Positions 25,902 to 26,931 of a stretch of DNA of 26,931 nucleotides are shown here, one piece after another (the first letter of the stretch is position 1; the number at the start of each line of letters is the position of its first letter). Under the pieces are notes generated by a model. That model saw nothing but the letters and a program-made list of their open reading frames with translations, did not search any database and was not told the DNA's origin. The position numbers and the translations under genes were made by a program. Source of the stretch: Bacilli bacterium (GTDB lineage Bacteria; Bacillota_I; Bacilli_A; RF39; UBA660). The stretch covers positions 1 through 26,931 of the forward strand of contig JAFUBK010000056.1 of NCBI GenBank assembly GCA_017460245.1. The letters run 5' to 3'.

Positions 25902-26930
25902 TTAATTACTTTTTATTTCAACTGTAAAGTTTTCACAATCTGTAATAGTTTTACCTTGAAGTGAAGATGTATTTAATATTTGACCTTTTGTTCCACTATT
26001 ACTTTCTGTCATTTTACAAATGGCATTATTATATTTTTCCTTAATGTTTTTACAAGTCTTATCGGGATCGTTTAAAGCAACGTAATTTGGTAGAATTCTT
26101 ATTGTGATACTATTACATTTTTTTTCATCTGAGGTTTCATTATTATTTAAGTTATTATTATAATTGTTTTTTTGAGAACTATTATAGTTATTTGTTTTAG
26201 TTGATTTTGAGGCGTTTGTTTTTGTTACTTCTTCTTGTTTTTTGGTAGCAATTGTTATTTGAATATTATCGCCTTGGCTGATTTCTTGTCCAAATTTTAT
26301 ATTTTGACTAATACATGTTCCTTCGGCAGTTCCGGTATTATATTCATTAATAAAGGTGCAGGTTATGTTTAAACTATTACATTCTTTTGTTATAGCGTCT
26401 TTTGTTTTACCCGAAAAGTCGGGAACAGTTATGGCTTTGCCTTTGGACATATAAACAGTTATACCTTCTTTAATATTGATTTTTTTACCTGTTTTTACGG
26501 AAAATTTTATTATTTCGTCTTTTGGTACATCACTATTGAATTCTTCTTTTATTTCATATTTGATATTATATTTTTCAGCCCAACTTTTAAATTCGCTTAA
26601 ATTTTTAAATTTTGGCATTTTTAGTTTACCTTTTGAAACAGTAATGCCAATTATTGTTTCTTCTTCGATGATGTCACCTTTTTTGTACGTAGCTTCTAAA
26701 ACATGTCCATTTTTAATATTATTATCATATTTATCTGTATAGTTGAGTTTTAAATTATTTTCGATTATCCATTTAGTTACATCACTCATCTTCATATTTG
26801 TAAGTTCGGGAACAGTTATTTTTTTACCTTTAGAAATTGTTAGAATTACTTTATCGCCTGGTGAAATAGTTTCACCTTTTTTTACTGACGATTTAATAAC
26901 GTTCCCTTTTTGAACTGTATCTGAAAAATT
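25902..26930 (-). CDS. Multi-PASTA-domain protein, 5' part outside the window
   Basis: Frame is open to the window edge (NFSDTVQKGNVIKSSVKKGE...ISKGKKITVPELTN). At least four PASTA units (xVP.F/L...SKG), an N/S/T/K linker and a 4-Cys terminal domain. Confidence 0.9.
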   Translation of the reverse strand, partial: NFSDTVQKGNVIKSSVKKGETISPGDKVILTISKGKKITVPELTNMKMSDVTKWIIENNLKLNYTDKYDNNIKNGHVLEATYKKGDIIEEETIIGITVSKGKLKMPKFKNLSEFKSWAEKYNIKYEIKEEFNSDVPKDEIIKFSVKTGKKINIKEGITVYMSKGKAITVPDFSGKTKDAITKECNSLNITCTFINEYNTGTAEGTCISQNIKFGQEISQGDNIQITIATKKQEEVTKTNASKSTKTNNYNSSQKNNYNNNLNNNETSDEKKCNSITIRILPNYVALNDPDKTCKNIKEKYNNAICKMTESNSGTKGQILNTSSLQGKTITDCENFTVEIKSN

Positions 26931-26931
26931 G

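Noticed and set aside
363-26742. Short overlapping ORFs in the track (363, 1587, 6573, 8154, 9785, 11051, 11688, 11700, 12600, 14113, 14310, 15108, 16108, 20158, 26476)
   Set aside because: All lie inside well-supported genes, are F/I/L/S-rich antisense or off-frame shadows of AT-rich or repetitive coding DNA, and have no family motifs.

Overview
Chromosomal window from a very low-GC Bacillota genome. Gene content and style suggest the uncultured gut RF39-type Bacilli (inference; no marker search was run). The standard code fits: TGG is Trp and AGG/CGG occupy conserved Arg sites. Housekeeping genes are mutS, a phosphoketolase, hisS-aspS, rnhC divergent from cvpA, lspA-rluD-rhomboid, a PgsA-like enzyme, a GH73/SH3/Ig cell-wall hydrolase and a partial PASTA protein. 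A probable 6S RNA follows aspS. Two accessory blocks are interleaved: (i) a 54-aa ORF plus two tandem orphan paralogs between mutS and xfp; (ii) a 6.6-kb surface cluster of two Cys-Gln thioester (TQXA/TED) adhesins with 28-aa two-cysteine stalk repeats, followed by a three-gene operon (Pro/Glu-stalk IPKTG protein with a very long leader and a 52-aa tail, DUF1292-like protein, 505-aa orphan). Other notable points: several unrelated proteins share a C-terminal 'acidic helix + basic end' tag; the rhomboid gene has an in-frame TAG before its catalytic dyad; none of 20 genes ends in TGA; hisS has no T-box. No mobile element, CRISPR array, tRNA or rRNA was seen.
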